NCBI GenBank assembly: GCA_041666945.1
Contig: JBAYFY010000002.1
Coordinates: 64,701 to 128,700, forward strand
Direction of reading: 5' to 3'
From: Candidatus Buchananbacteria bacterium
GTDB lineage: Bacteria; Patescibacteriota; Patescibacteriia; 2-01-FULL-39-33
DNA: 64,000 bases
Shown: positions 55,750 through 64,000 of the stretch, one piece after another
Layout: each line of letters opens with the position of its first letter
Position numbering within the stretch: position 1 is the first letter of the stretch
Notes under the pieces: model-generated
Database searches by the model: none
What the model was told of the DNA's origin: nothing
The model's input: only the letters and a program-made list of their open reading frames with translations
Made by a program: the position numbers and the translations under genes

Positions 55750-56979
55750 TTAGGGCAAATAGTTAAGAGGATCAACCGGAACGCCATTGGCCCTGACTTC
55801 AAAATGCAAATGAGGTCCGGAAGAAAAACCGGTGTTGCCGGATAATCCGATCTGTTGGCCCTTGGTCACATACTCGTCGCCATCAACGCTGATGGAGCTT
55901 AAATGAGCATAAAGCGTGGAAATATTGTTGCCATGGATAATCATGACATAATTGCCGTACCACTTGGTGTTCCGGCCGATAGTCGCCACATAGCCGGTAT
56001 CCGCGGCTTTGACTTGAGTGCCCGTTTTGACGCCGATGTCAATGCCGGAGTGTTCAAATAAATAACGGTACGGGTAGTCGGGATCGTGAAAAATGGAAGT
56101 TAAACGCTGGCTAACGGTCGGCCAGCTTAAAACGGCAGCGCCCAATTGGTTAAAACGCTCGGTTTTGCCCTTCTTGGCCAATTGATCGCGGAGCTTTTTT
56201 TCTAACGCCGCGACTTGAGCGTTGGCTGCGGCTTGCTCTTTTTTCAAATCAGTGATTAATATTTGGAATTTTTTTTCCGACTTTTTTGTTTCCGTAATCA
56301 AATAATTCTTTTCCTGTTTCTTGCTGCTTAAGGTTGATTTTTCATCTTCCAGTTTATTTAGGATGTCAGCCAGCCGTTGTTTGTTTTTATCCAGTTCCTT
56401 CTTCTGATCAGTCAGCTTGTCACCCAGCTCCTGCAGGCGGTTGAGCGTTTTCTGCAGGTCGCTTCGGATATCCTCGGAATATTTTATTTGGTCAAAAAAT
56501 TCTGAAAAGGAGTTATTGCCCAGCAATATGGAAATATAATCTTTGTCGTCATAGCGAGCCATCAGGCGTAAAACATTGGCTAATTGGTCTTTTTCACTTT
56601 CCATCAGCCCCTCGTTTTTTTTGATATTAATATTAGTACGCTCAATCTCCAGTTGCGCCTCTTTGACTTCTTCCTCTTTGATTTGAATGTCCAGGTTGGT
56701 TTTTCCGATTTGATTATTCAGGATATTCAATTGATTTTGCAAGCTGACTTGTTCCAGCCGGTTATTCTTTACATTGGCTTGGTATTCGGTTATTTGCTGC
56801 GTTAATTGGTCTATCTTGGCTTTTTGCGCTTCAATTTGCTTATTAAGTTCATCCGCGGTTGCTTGATCGCTGCCGCTCCCCTGCCCCGTTGCCGCTTGGA
56901 CAATTTGGCACAGGCCAAAAACAGCCAGAACTGCCAGGCCGGAAATAAATATTAGTTTTGTGATTTTTTTGCCTTCCAT
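55750..56979 (-). CDS. Coiled-coil M23 peptidase (EnvC/murein hydrolase-like)
   Basis: Signal peptide, long coiled coil, HSGID, YAHLS and STG-like GFSSGPHLHFEV. Confidence 0.92.
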   Translation of the reverse strand: MEGKKITKLIFISGLAVLAVFGLCQIVQAATGQGSGSDQATADELNKQIEAQKAKIDQLTQQITEYQANVKNNRLEQVSLQNQLNILNNQIGKTNLDIQIKEEEVKEAQLEIERTNINIKKNEGLMESEKDQLANVLRLMARYDDKDYISILLGNNSFSEFFDQIKYSEDIRSDLQKTLNRLQELGDKLTDQKKELDKNKQRLADILNKLEDEKSTLSSKKQEKNYLITETKKSEKKFQILITDLKKEQAAANAQVAALEKKLRDQLAKKGKTERFNQLGAAVLSWPTVSQRLTSIFHDPDYPYRYLFEHSGIDIGVKTGTQVKAADTGYVATIGRNTKWYGNYVMIIHGNNISTLYAHLSSISVDGDEYVTKGQQIGLSGNTGFSSGPHLHFEVRANGVPVDPLNYLP

Positions 56980-57128
56980 TTTTTTTAATTATAACAGATC
57001 GGTCTTCGTTTGACAAAGTTAATATTTTTGGCTAAAATGTGATGTATCGCATTTAGAACATTCAAATCTCAAGTAAATATTAAGATTAGCAATTAAGATT
57101 AGCAATCCGTAGGAAAGGAGAAATAATT

Positions 57129-57344
57129 ATGCTGATTTTGGAGTCCGGCGGACAAGTGGTCTGCGATGGCGTAAAAGACGGTTACAAATGCGGGCGAGTC
57201 CTTAATGTTTTGGTGCCGCCGCTTTTGAATAACGCTTTTAGTTATTGGGAGAACGTCTTGCAGCAAGCTTTAGACAGCGGATGGACTTATGATCGCGATA
57301 GCGAAAATATTTTTTGCCCTCAATGTTCGAAATCAGCGCAATAG
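57129..57344 (+). CDS. Small Cys-containing hypothetical protein
   Basis: Promoter TTGACA-17-TAAAAT at 57010-57038, AAGGAG SD; CD...C and GW...CPQC. Confidence 0.65.
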   Translation: MLILESGGQVVCDGVKDGYKCGRVLNVLVPPLLNNAFSYWENVLQQALDSGWTYDRDSENIFCPQCSKSAQ

Positions 57345-57365
57345 GCATAATAGGAGGGAAAGAAA

Positions 57366-57710
57366 ATGGCTTATAAAAAAGAAAGAAAGAATACTGCGGC
57401 GGATTGGACGCGGATGAGGCAGATGCTCATTAATCATGTCAAGACCTGGCATGATTTGCATTGGTCAGTAACCTTGCGTTGCAGCAACTACCCGCTCTGT
57501 CAGTTTAGTCGGGCTCGGACTATGGACTATCAAAGAAAACCGTCGCAAAAACTGATTAAGTCCGACGCTCGGGAAAAATACCGATTTATTTGTCACCGGA
57601 TTCAAACAGATAAAAAGCGTCATCAAATCAAGGTTGAGGGCAAGTGCCGCATTTGCACATTGGTGAGACAAATATCCGATGCAAATAAAAAGCCGCCGAA
57701 GCGAGCTTAG
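57366..57710 (+). CDS. Basic hypothetical protein
   Basis: AGGAGG SD; CxxxxxC and CRIC; terminator at about 57719-57749. Confidence 0.6.
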   Translation: MAYKKERKNTAADWTRMRQMLINHVKTWHDLHWSVTLRCSNYPLCQFSRARTMDYQRKPSQKLIKSDAREKYRFICHRIQTDKKRHQIKVEGKCRICTLVRQISDANKKPPKRA

Positions 57711-57753
57711 CACAAAATAAAACGGCGATCCTATGGAATCGTCGTTTTTAATT

Positions 57754-59241
57754 TTACTTTAGTTTTTCCAGCGCTCGCTTGATTCTGTCCAAGGTTTTTT
57801 CTTTGCCTAATATCTCGGCGATTTCAAATGGCGTAGGAGATTTTTCCTGGCCGGTTAAAGCGGCGCGCAACGGCCAAAGCACCTCGCCGTTGGTCAGTCC
57901 CGAATTTTTAATCCAGGCGAGCAATGACTTTTCCAGATTCTCCTTGGACCAGTCGGTTGTTTGTTCTAATTCTTCCGCTGCCAAAGACAAGTTTTTTAGA
58001 GCCGCGGCCTTGTCTGATTTTTTCCAAATCAATAATTCCGGCTGATATTTGAGATCGTCGGCGAATAAGAATTTGATCCCCTCCCCCGCCTCGGATAATT
58101 TGCCGATTCTCTCTTGCTCAATCGCTAAGATTTTGTTGGCATCCATGCCCTCCGGCACTTTGCCGATGTTGGCTTCCAAATATGGCAAGGCCAATTGAAC
58201 AAATTTTGTGTTCGGAAGTTTTTTGATGTATTCGCCGTTAAGCCAATCCAATTTTTGCTGGTCAAAGATTGCTCCGGCTTTATGCACCTTGGCCAAAGAG
58301 AATTGCTTGATTAATTCGTTTAAGCTAAAAATCTCTTGCTCGGTGCCCGGATTCCAGCCCAGCAGAGCCACATAGTTTATCAGCGCCTCGGGCAGATAGC
58401 CGGCCTTCATATAATCCTCTACGGCCACGTCGCCCTGGCGTTTGGACAGCTTGGATCTGTCTTTGTTTAGAATCAAGGGCAGATGGGCGTAGGCGGGAGC
58501 GGTCCAGCCGAAATATTCAAATAGGATAATATGTTTAGGCGTTGACGGCAGCCATTCCTCGGCGCGGATGACGTGAGTGGATTTCATTAAATGATCATCA
58601 ACGACGTGAGCTAAATGATAAGTGGGAAAACCGTCGGCTTTAAGCAATACCTGGTCATCCAATTCTTTGGTATTGATTTTGACTTTACCCCTGACCAAAT
58701 CGTTGAATTCTATTTCTCTGTCTTCCGGCATTTTCATTCTGATGACGTGTTTTTCGCCTTTGGCCAAACGCTCTTTGATTTCTTCGGCGGACAGTTTTTT
58801 GCATAAGCCGTCATAACGGGTGGGGCGCTTTGATTCCTCTTGTTCCCGCCTTAGCTTTTCCAACCGTTCGGCCGAGCAGAAACAATAGTAGGCGTGGCCG
58901 GCCTCAACCAGCTCCCGGGCGTATTTTTGGTATAAATCAAGGCGTTTAGATTGCGTGTAGGGGCCAAATTTGCCCTTTTCAGAGGGGTTGCCGGCAGAAT
59001 CCAGTAAAACACCCTCATCCGGCTCAATGCCGGCCCATTTCAGCACTTTTAACAAATTGGCGATCGCCCCCGAGACCTCCCGGCTTTGGTCGGTATCTTC
59101 AATGCGCAAAAAGAAAGCTCCGCCGTTTTGTTTGGCGAACAGGTATTCATACAGGGCGCTGCGCAAAGATCCCAAATGTACGTAACCGGTCGGACTGGGC
59201 GCGAAACGCGTGCGGACTTTGGGTTGGAAAAGATTAAACAT
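57754..59241 (-). CDS. gltX: Glutamyl-tRNA synthetase
   Basis: RFAPSPTG, HLGS (HIGH), LRIEDTD, PTYHLA.VVDD and KLSKR. Confidence 0.97.
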   Translation of the reverse strand: MFNLFQPKVRTRFAPSPTGYVHLGSLRSALYEYLFAKQNGGAFFLRIEDTDQSREVSGAIANLLKVLKWAGIEPDEGVLLDSAGNPSEKGKFGPYTQSKRLDLYQKYARELVEAGHAYYCFCSAERLEKLRREQEESKRPTRYDGLCKKLSAEEIKERLAKGEKHVIRMKMPEDREIEFNDLVRGKVKINTKELDDQVLLKADGFPTYHLAHVVDDHLMKSTHVIRAEEWLPSTPKHIILFEYFGWTAPAYAHLPLILNKDRSKLSKRQGDVAVEDYMKAGYLPEALINYVALLGWNPGTEQEIFSLNELIKQFSLAKVHKAGAIFDQQKLDWLNGEYIKKLPNTKFVQLALPYLEANIGKVPEGMDANKILAIEQERIGKLSEAGEGIKFLFADDLKYQPELLIWKKSDKAAALKNLSLAAEELEQTTDWSKENLEKSLLAWIKNSGLTNGEVLWPLRAALTGQEKSPTPFEIAEILGKEKTLDRIKRALEKLK

Positions 59242-59280
59242 AAATTCGTAATAAGTAACAAGTAATAAGTAATATGTAAT

Positions 59281-60015
59281 TTAAATTATTTTTTTTATTT
59301 TTTCTTTCAGCGCCAGCCAGCTAAACACCGCCGTGGCGCGCCAGATTCGGCCAAATCTTTTTGGCTCTTTGATTAAGCGATACAGCCATTCCAAGCCGAT
59401 GGAGCGCATCCACTCGGGGGCGCGAGGCACGCGGCCAGTTAAAAAATCAAAAGTTCCGCCCACGCCAATGGCAACTTTTATTCCGGGCAACCAGGGCAGA
59501 TTTTCAGCGATCCAGGTTTCTTGTTTGACCTGGCCGAAAGCCACGAGCAAGATATTGGCTCCGGACGAATTTATTCTCGCTATAACCGCTCCGTTGTCTT
59601 CCAGAATTTTGCCGTCGGCGTTGATCTTGCCGCCGTCTTCCGCGCCGACGATCCCATTGAACACAAATTTTGTTCGGATCGCTTCAGCCACGCCCGGCGC
59701 GCCGCCCAGCAAATAAATTTTAGCCGATGGCAGTTTTCCTTTCAGCAGGTTGCCGCTTAAGTCCGCTCCGGTTACGCGGGGTAACCGGCGTCTATGGAAT
59801 AATCTGGCAGCCAAAACCAAGCCAAAGCCGTCGCAAGTGTTTAAGGCGATTCGGTTTAAGAGGTTTTTAAATTCCGAATTGCTTTGCGCGGCAACGACAA
59901 ATTCCGGATTGACCGTAGCAATTTGCCGTTGTCCTTCAGCAGTCAGCCACTCCCCTATCTTCGTCAGGACTTCGACTTCGCTGAGCTCGTCGATTTTTAT
60001 TCCTAAGATGTTCAT
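59281..60015 (-). CDS. WecB/TagA/CpsF glycosyltransferase
   Basis: TVNPE, DG.G, RVTGADL, KQE, GVGGTFD and GLEWLYRL..EP.R. Confidence 0.93.
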   Translation of the reverse strand: MNILGIKIDELSEVEVLTKIGEWLTAEGQRQIATVNPEFVVAAQSNSEFKNLLNRIALNTCDGFGLVLAARLFHRRRLPRVTGADLSGNLLKGKLPSAKIYLLGGAPGVAEAIRTKFVFNGIVGAEDGGKINADGKILEDNGAVIARINSSGANILLVAFGQVKQETWIAENLPWLPGIKVAIGVGGTFDFLTGRVPRAPEWMRSIGLEWLYRLIKEPKRFGRIWRATAVFSWLALKEKIKKII

Positions 60016-60758
60016 TGTTGGTTTAAATAATCCACCGTCATGTTTATTATACTGGAGCCGCCGGAGGAAAAACTGTCAGCCAAAGACATGGCGCCGCTAA
60101 TGTTGTTTTTAAAAAAACTTAAATATATTTCCGTCGGTTGGATTAATTCTTCAACCGTAAATCCTTTTGTCTCCAGTTGTTTTTTGTAGTATTCGTACAA
60201 ATCCTCTTTGGTTTTGTTGACGTTGTCCCAAAATAAAGAGACCGTTTTAATTTCTTTTTTCCCGGCGCCGCTTGTTGGAGTTACATCTTTAATCGTAGGA
60301 TTTTCCGGAACGCTTTCCGGCGTCTTGTTTTGCGCGATGATTTGAGTTTTAAGATCGGGATAAAGACGATCAACTATCAATTGCAATGCCCAATCGGGCA
60401 GAGCTGTTTGCAATTGCTCAATTTTTTTCTTGCTTTCCGGCGATAAAACCTTAATAGTGGCTTGATTGAGCTGATAAATAACCAAGTCCTTGGGGAAATC
60501 GGCAGGCAATTCTTCCACGGTCTTAATGATCGGCCCGGAAATGTAAACAGTCAGAAAAATGGCGCAGGCCAGAACGGCCGCAATCATCAAAAAGAAACAG
60601 CCGAAAAATTTCAGACAGGAATGATGCCGGGGCGGCCGCCGTCGGCGATAATGCCGCGGTTCCTCCGGTTCCACTTCTATGCCCCTGTTTTCCGCTTCAG
60701 TCAAAACATCCTTGGCCGCTTCAATTTCGTCCAGCGTTATGTTTTTGTCGCTTTCCAT
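60012..60758 (-). CDS. Membrane-anchored hypothetical protein
   Basis: Single TM; LP.DFP motif; overlaps the start of the WecB-like gene. Confidence 0.7.
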   Translation of the reverse strand: MESDKNITLDEIEAAKDVLTEAENRGIEVEPEEPRHYRRRRPPRHHSCLKFFGCFFLMIAAVLACAIFLTVYISGPIIKTVEELPADFPKDLVIYQLNQATIKVLSPESKKKIEQLQTALPDWALQLIVDRLYPDLKTQIIAQNKTPESVPENPTIKDVTPTSGAGKKEIKTVSLFWDNVNKTKEDLYEYYKKQLETKGFTVEELIQPTEIYLSFFKNNISGAMSLADSFSSGGSSIINMTVDYLNQQ

Positions 60759-60867
60759 GTGTATAGAATAACAAAAATGGCTGATTTTTGCAATTAAATT
60801 TAATTTATTGTGCGGTTTGCCGGTTTGTGGTATAATATTTATGAAAGATAAATAACCACTACTAACA

Positions 60868-62286
60868 ATGAAGTTGAAAAAACTTTGTATTTTTACATCT
60901 TGTTTTATCTTAACCGCTCTGCTTGCTGCCGTCGCTCAAGCCGCGGATTTTAGCGCCGGTTCTTTGATTTCCGATGCTGAAATAACCGATTATAATTCCA
61001 TGGATTTAAGCGATATCCAGCGTTTTTTGGAAAAACGCGACGGCACCTTGGAAAATTACATTACTTTTGACAAAGAGGGAAATCCGAAGACGGCAGTGCA
61101 GACATTTTTTGAGACCTCTCGCAATTGGCAGATTAGCCCCAAATACCTGTTGGTTTTGGTGCAAAAAGAGCAAAGCTTATTGGACGATCCCAATCCCTCG
61201 CAAAAACAGTATGACTGGGCGACCGGTTACGGCGTTTGCGACAGTTGTTCCATGGATGATCCCAATATCCAGCGCTTCAAGGGCTTTTATCGCCAAGTGA
61301 ATTCCGCCGCCGCTCAAACCCGTTACTACATGGACAATATCAAGGAATTTTCCTTCCAGCCGGGCAAAACCTATAATATTGACGGCCAAACCGTTGCCAT
61401 AAAAAATACCGCCACCGCCGGTTTGTTCAATTATACTCCACATATCCATGGCAATCAGCTGTTCTGGAATTTGTGGAATAAATATTTCGGCAAATCCTGG
61501 CCGGACGGCAGTTTATTGCAAGTTGAAGACAGCGATCAAATATATTATATTGAAAACGGCGTCAAGCGTTTAATCTCCTCTAAGGCCGTGTTCGCTTCGC
61601 GTTTCAATGATAGCAATATTTTGACGGTCAACCAAAGCGACTTGGATACTTATGATAACGGCGCGCCGATTAAATATCCGAATTTTTCCATTCTGCAAAG
61701 CACGACCACCGGCAATATGTATATGATCATTAATGATGTCAAACGCCGCATTGTCAGCGACGCCGTCTTTAAGAAGCTTGGTTTTAGCGAAGATGACCCG
61801 ATAAAAGTTGAAGAATCGGAATTACAACTTTATAAAGACGGTTCAGATATCACCGAATACACCATTTATCCGACCGGCACCTTGTTGCAGGATAATAAAG
61901 CCAAGACCGCTACCGCCGGAATATATTATGTCATTAGCGGCGAAAAGAAGCCGGTGCTGACCAAAGAAATCCTTACCGCCAATTTCCCCGGCCTGACCGT
62001 TAAAAAAGTTTCCGGCACAGAGCTGGATAATTATATGACCGGCGCCAACGTGACTCTGCCTGACGGCTGGCTGGTAAAATTGAATCCCAAGGCGCTAAAA
62101 GTCAAAACCAAAGCGAATATCGCCGCCGCCAGCACGGTTTATGTTATCTCGCACGGCAAACGTTTGCCAATCGTTTCCGGCGCGGTATTCAAGCAAATGG
62201 GTTATAACAGCAAAAATATTAAGATTGTTTCCGAAGACACCCTAAACGCCCATGAGTTGGGCCCGACTGTCACCGGACAACAATAA
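60868..62286 (+). CDS. Secreted protein with lysozyme-like N-domain and repeated (P)DGSLL-type surface domains
   Basis: Signal peptide; LVQKEQSL, ATGYG, TAGLFNYTPH; repeated YYI..G.KR.I.S..VF modules. Confidence 0.7.
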   Translation: MKLKKLCIFTSCFILTALLAAVAQAADFSAGSLISDAEITDYNSMDLSDIQRFLEKRDGTLENYITFDKEGNPKTAVQTFFETSRNWQISPKYLLVLVQKEQSLLDDPNPSQKQYDWATGYGVCDSCSMDDPNIQRFKGFYRQVNSAAAQTRYYMDNIKEFSFQPGKTYNIDGQTVAIKNTATAGLFNYTPHIHGNQLFWNLWNKYFGKSWPDGSLLQVEDSDQIYYIENGVKRLISSKAVFASRFNDSNILTVNQSDLDTYDNGAPIKYPNFSILQSTTTGNMYMIINDVKRRIVSDAVFKKLGFSEDDPIKVEESELQLYKDGSDITEYTIYPTGTLLQDNKAKTATAGIYYVISGEKKPVLTKEILTANFPGLTVKKVSGTELDNYMTGANVTLPDGWLVKLNPKALKVKTKANIAAASTVYVISHGKRLPIVSGAVFKQMGYNSKNIKIVSEDTLNAHELGPTVTGQQ

Positions 62287-62299
62287 TTAATCCAATCAT

Positions 62300-63091
62300 A
62301 TGTCACTCGTATTTGCGGCCATTACGCCGCATCCGCCGATTCTCATACCGGCTATCGGCAAAGACAATATAAAACAGATTGAGAAAACCAAGTTGGCCAT
62401 GGAGAAGCTGGAGGAGGAGCTGTATTCGGCCAAACCCGATATCGTTATAATTATTTCGCCGCATGGCGAAATGAGCGCGGATTCCTTTACGGTCAATTTG
62501 AGCGGCAATTACGAAATCAATTTTGAATCCTTCGGCGATTTTGCCACTAAGCTTCAGCTTAAAGGCGAAACCGTTTTGATGACTCTGGGCAAGGAGAAAA
62601 TCGCCGCCAAGTCGCCTCTGAATATTATTTCCGAACCGGTTCTTGATCACGGCGCCGGTGTCCCCCTGTCTTATTTGATGAGGCATTTAACTCAAGTGCC
62701 GATTATTCCCCTGTCATTTTCCATGTTGGATAATCAAGCGCATGTGGAATTCGGCAAGAGTTTGAAAGAGTTGATTTTAAGCACGGACAAACGAGTGGCC
62801 GTTATCGCTTCCGGCGATTTGTCGCACTGTTTGACTAAGGAAGCCCCCGTACCCTATAACCCGGCGGGCAAGGATTTTGACCAGACATTGATTGAACTGC
62901 TCAAAAAATGCGACACTCAAGGCATAACCAATCTTGATCGCAAATTAGTCAAAGACGCGGCCGAATGCGGCCTGCGTTCCATTCTGATATTGTCCGGCAT
63001 CCTAAGCGATATGAAGTGTCAGCCCGAGGTTTTAAGTTATGAGGGGCCGTTCGGCGTAGGATATCTGGTGGCGGAGATAAAATTTGATTAA
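62300..63091 (+). CDS. MEMO1/LigB-family protein (AmmeMemoRadiSam B-like)
   Basis: PHPP, ISPH, DHG..VPL, ASGDLSH, ECG and YEGPFGVGY. Confidence 0.85.
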   Translation: MSLVFAAITPHPPILIPAIGKDNIKQIEKTKLAMEKLEEELYSAKPDIVIIISPHGEMSADSFTVNLSGNYEINFESFGDFATKLQLKGETVLMTLGKEKIAAKSPLNIISEPVLDHGAGVPLSYLMRHLTQVPIIPLSFSMLDNQAHVEFGKSLKELILSTDKRVAVIASGDLSHCLTKEAPVPYNPAGKDFDQTLIELLKKCDTQGITNLDRKLVKDAAECGLRSILILSGILSDMKCQPEVLSYEGPFGVGYLVAEIKFD

Positions 63092-63112
63092 ACTTTTTAT
63101 AAAAACAGCCGG

Positions 63113-63391
63113 TTAGCCCGGCTTTTTTTTATTTGCGTTGTCAATCAATTTGAAAAAGTATTGCCATTTGGCTCCGCTTTTGCAGAGTTCTTTGGTTTCG
63201 TTGAGCGCCCGCTCCACCAGCTCTTTGGAATTGTCGCGGCAAACTTTAAAGACCGCGCTTTTTTTGAAAGCCGGCACGTTCAATTCCTGCAAGATACGCA
63301 AAGCCAAATCCTGCCACTGGTAAGCCGGGGCCTTTTTTAGCTGTCTTTTTTGCAACAGCGAACTGATTGATTGCGGTTCGGTTTTAAACAT
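63113..63391 (-). CDS. Hypothetical protein
   Basis: 92-aa ORF (AYQWQDLA..., YFFK). Confidence 0.65.
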   Translation of the reverse strand: MFKTEPQSISSLLQKRQLKKAPAYQWQDLALRILQELNVPAFKKSAVFKVCRDNSKELVERALNETKELCKSGAKWQYFFKLIDNANKKKPG

Positions 63392-63418
63392 GGTAGTTAA
63401 TAGGATTATCTGTCACGT

Positions 63419-63438
63419 GTCATTTCAATTGAAATGAC
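63419..63438. repeat. Minimal 20-bp palindrome GTCATTTCAATTGAAATGAC
   Basis: Perfect palindrome with the family termini GTCATT/AATGAC. Confidence 0.6.
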
Positions 63439-63552
63439 AAGAAATAAAGCAACGGCTGTGATTAATGACATTTTACCAATCTTGAGTCGGTTAGTAAAGG
63501 TTTTTGACAGTTCACTGCAAAAAATGTTATAATTTTTTCATAACTAAAAACA

Positions 63553-64000
63553 ATGCTGAAAATATTAACTTTACCGCATCCCCTGCTAAGGAAAAAGGCC
63601 TTGCCGATTAAGAACCCCTTGGATAAGGAGCTGAAAAAACTCATCCCGCAAATGGTGGAAACCATGCTGGCCAAAGACGGCGTGGGCTTGGCCGCCCCTC
63701 AAGTGGGCCAAGGCATCCGACTGATAACCGTCCGCCACAAAGACGGGAATTTAGTCATGCTCAATCCCCTGATCATTAAGAAGTCGTTGATTAAAGAATG
63801 GGATGAAGAAGGTTGTTTGTCCGTACCCAATACCTACGGCGACGTCAAGCGTTGCAAGAAAATCACAGTCAAATTTATTGACAGCACCGGCAAATTGAGA
63901 AAGTTGACCGGTGAAGGCATGCTTGCTCGGGTTATCCAGCACGAAGTTGACCACCTGGACGGCGTTTTGTTTATTGATAAAGCCAAAAATTTAAGAAAAC
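63553..64000 (+). CDS. def: Peptide deformylase (runs off window end)
   Basis: Translated by hand: GVGLAAPQVG, EEGCLSVP and QHEVDHLDG. Confidence 0.95.
   Translation, partial: MLKILTLPHPLLRKKALPIKNPLDKELKKLIPQMVETMLAKDGVGLAAPQVGQGIRLITVRHKDGNLVMLNPLIIKKSLIKEWDEEGCLSVPNTYGDVKRCKKITVKFIDSTGKLRKLTGEGMLARVIQHEVDHLDGVLFIDKAKNLRK

Overview
64-kb chromosomal window of a bacterium using the standard genetic code. Gene content and style suggest Patescibacteria/CPR (Parcubacteria-like); this is inference. The backbone is housekeeping: uvrB, dusB, corA, a VirD4/TraD-like ATPase, dnaX, uvrD, mtnP-apt, pgk-eno-gpmI x2, a MacAB-like ABC exporter, pheST, lysS, serS, a Xer recombinase, gltX and def. Five things stand out. 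(1) A complete diversity-generating retroelement (17141-19631) with a 122-nt VR/TR pair carrying 24 adenine-specific mismatches, a post-VR hairpin, and an avd gene lying antisense between TR and RT. (2) A family of GTCATT...ATGAC palindromic elements: one copy brackets a small GIY-YIG nuclease gene, an empty copy lies nearby, two copies sit in-frame inside uvrD and pheT, and several element ends are reiterated outward as locus-specific tandem arrays. (3) A group 3b-like [NiFe]-hydrogenase cluster with a minimal, atypical maturation set. (4) An unidentified, hairpin-rich ~600-nt region behind a consensus promoter (40.6-41.2 kb). (5) About nine orphan-gene cassettes sharing a sigma70 promoter + boxA-like motif + strong SD layout. 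No rRNA, tRNA or CRISPR array was recognised.
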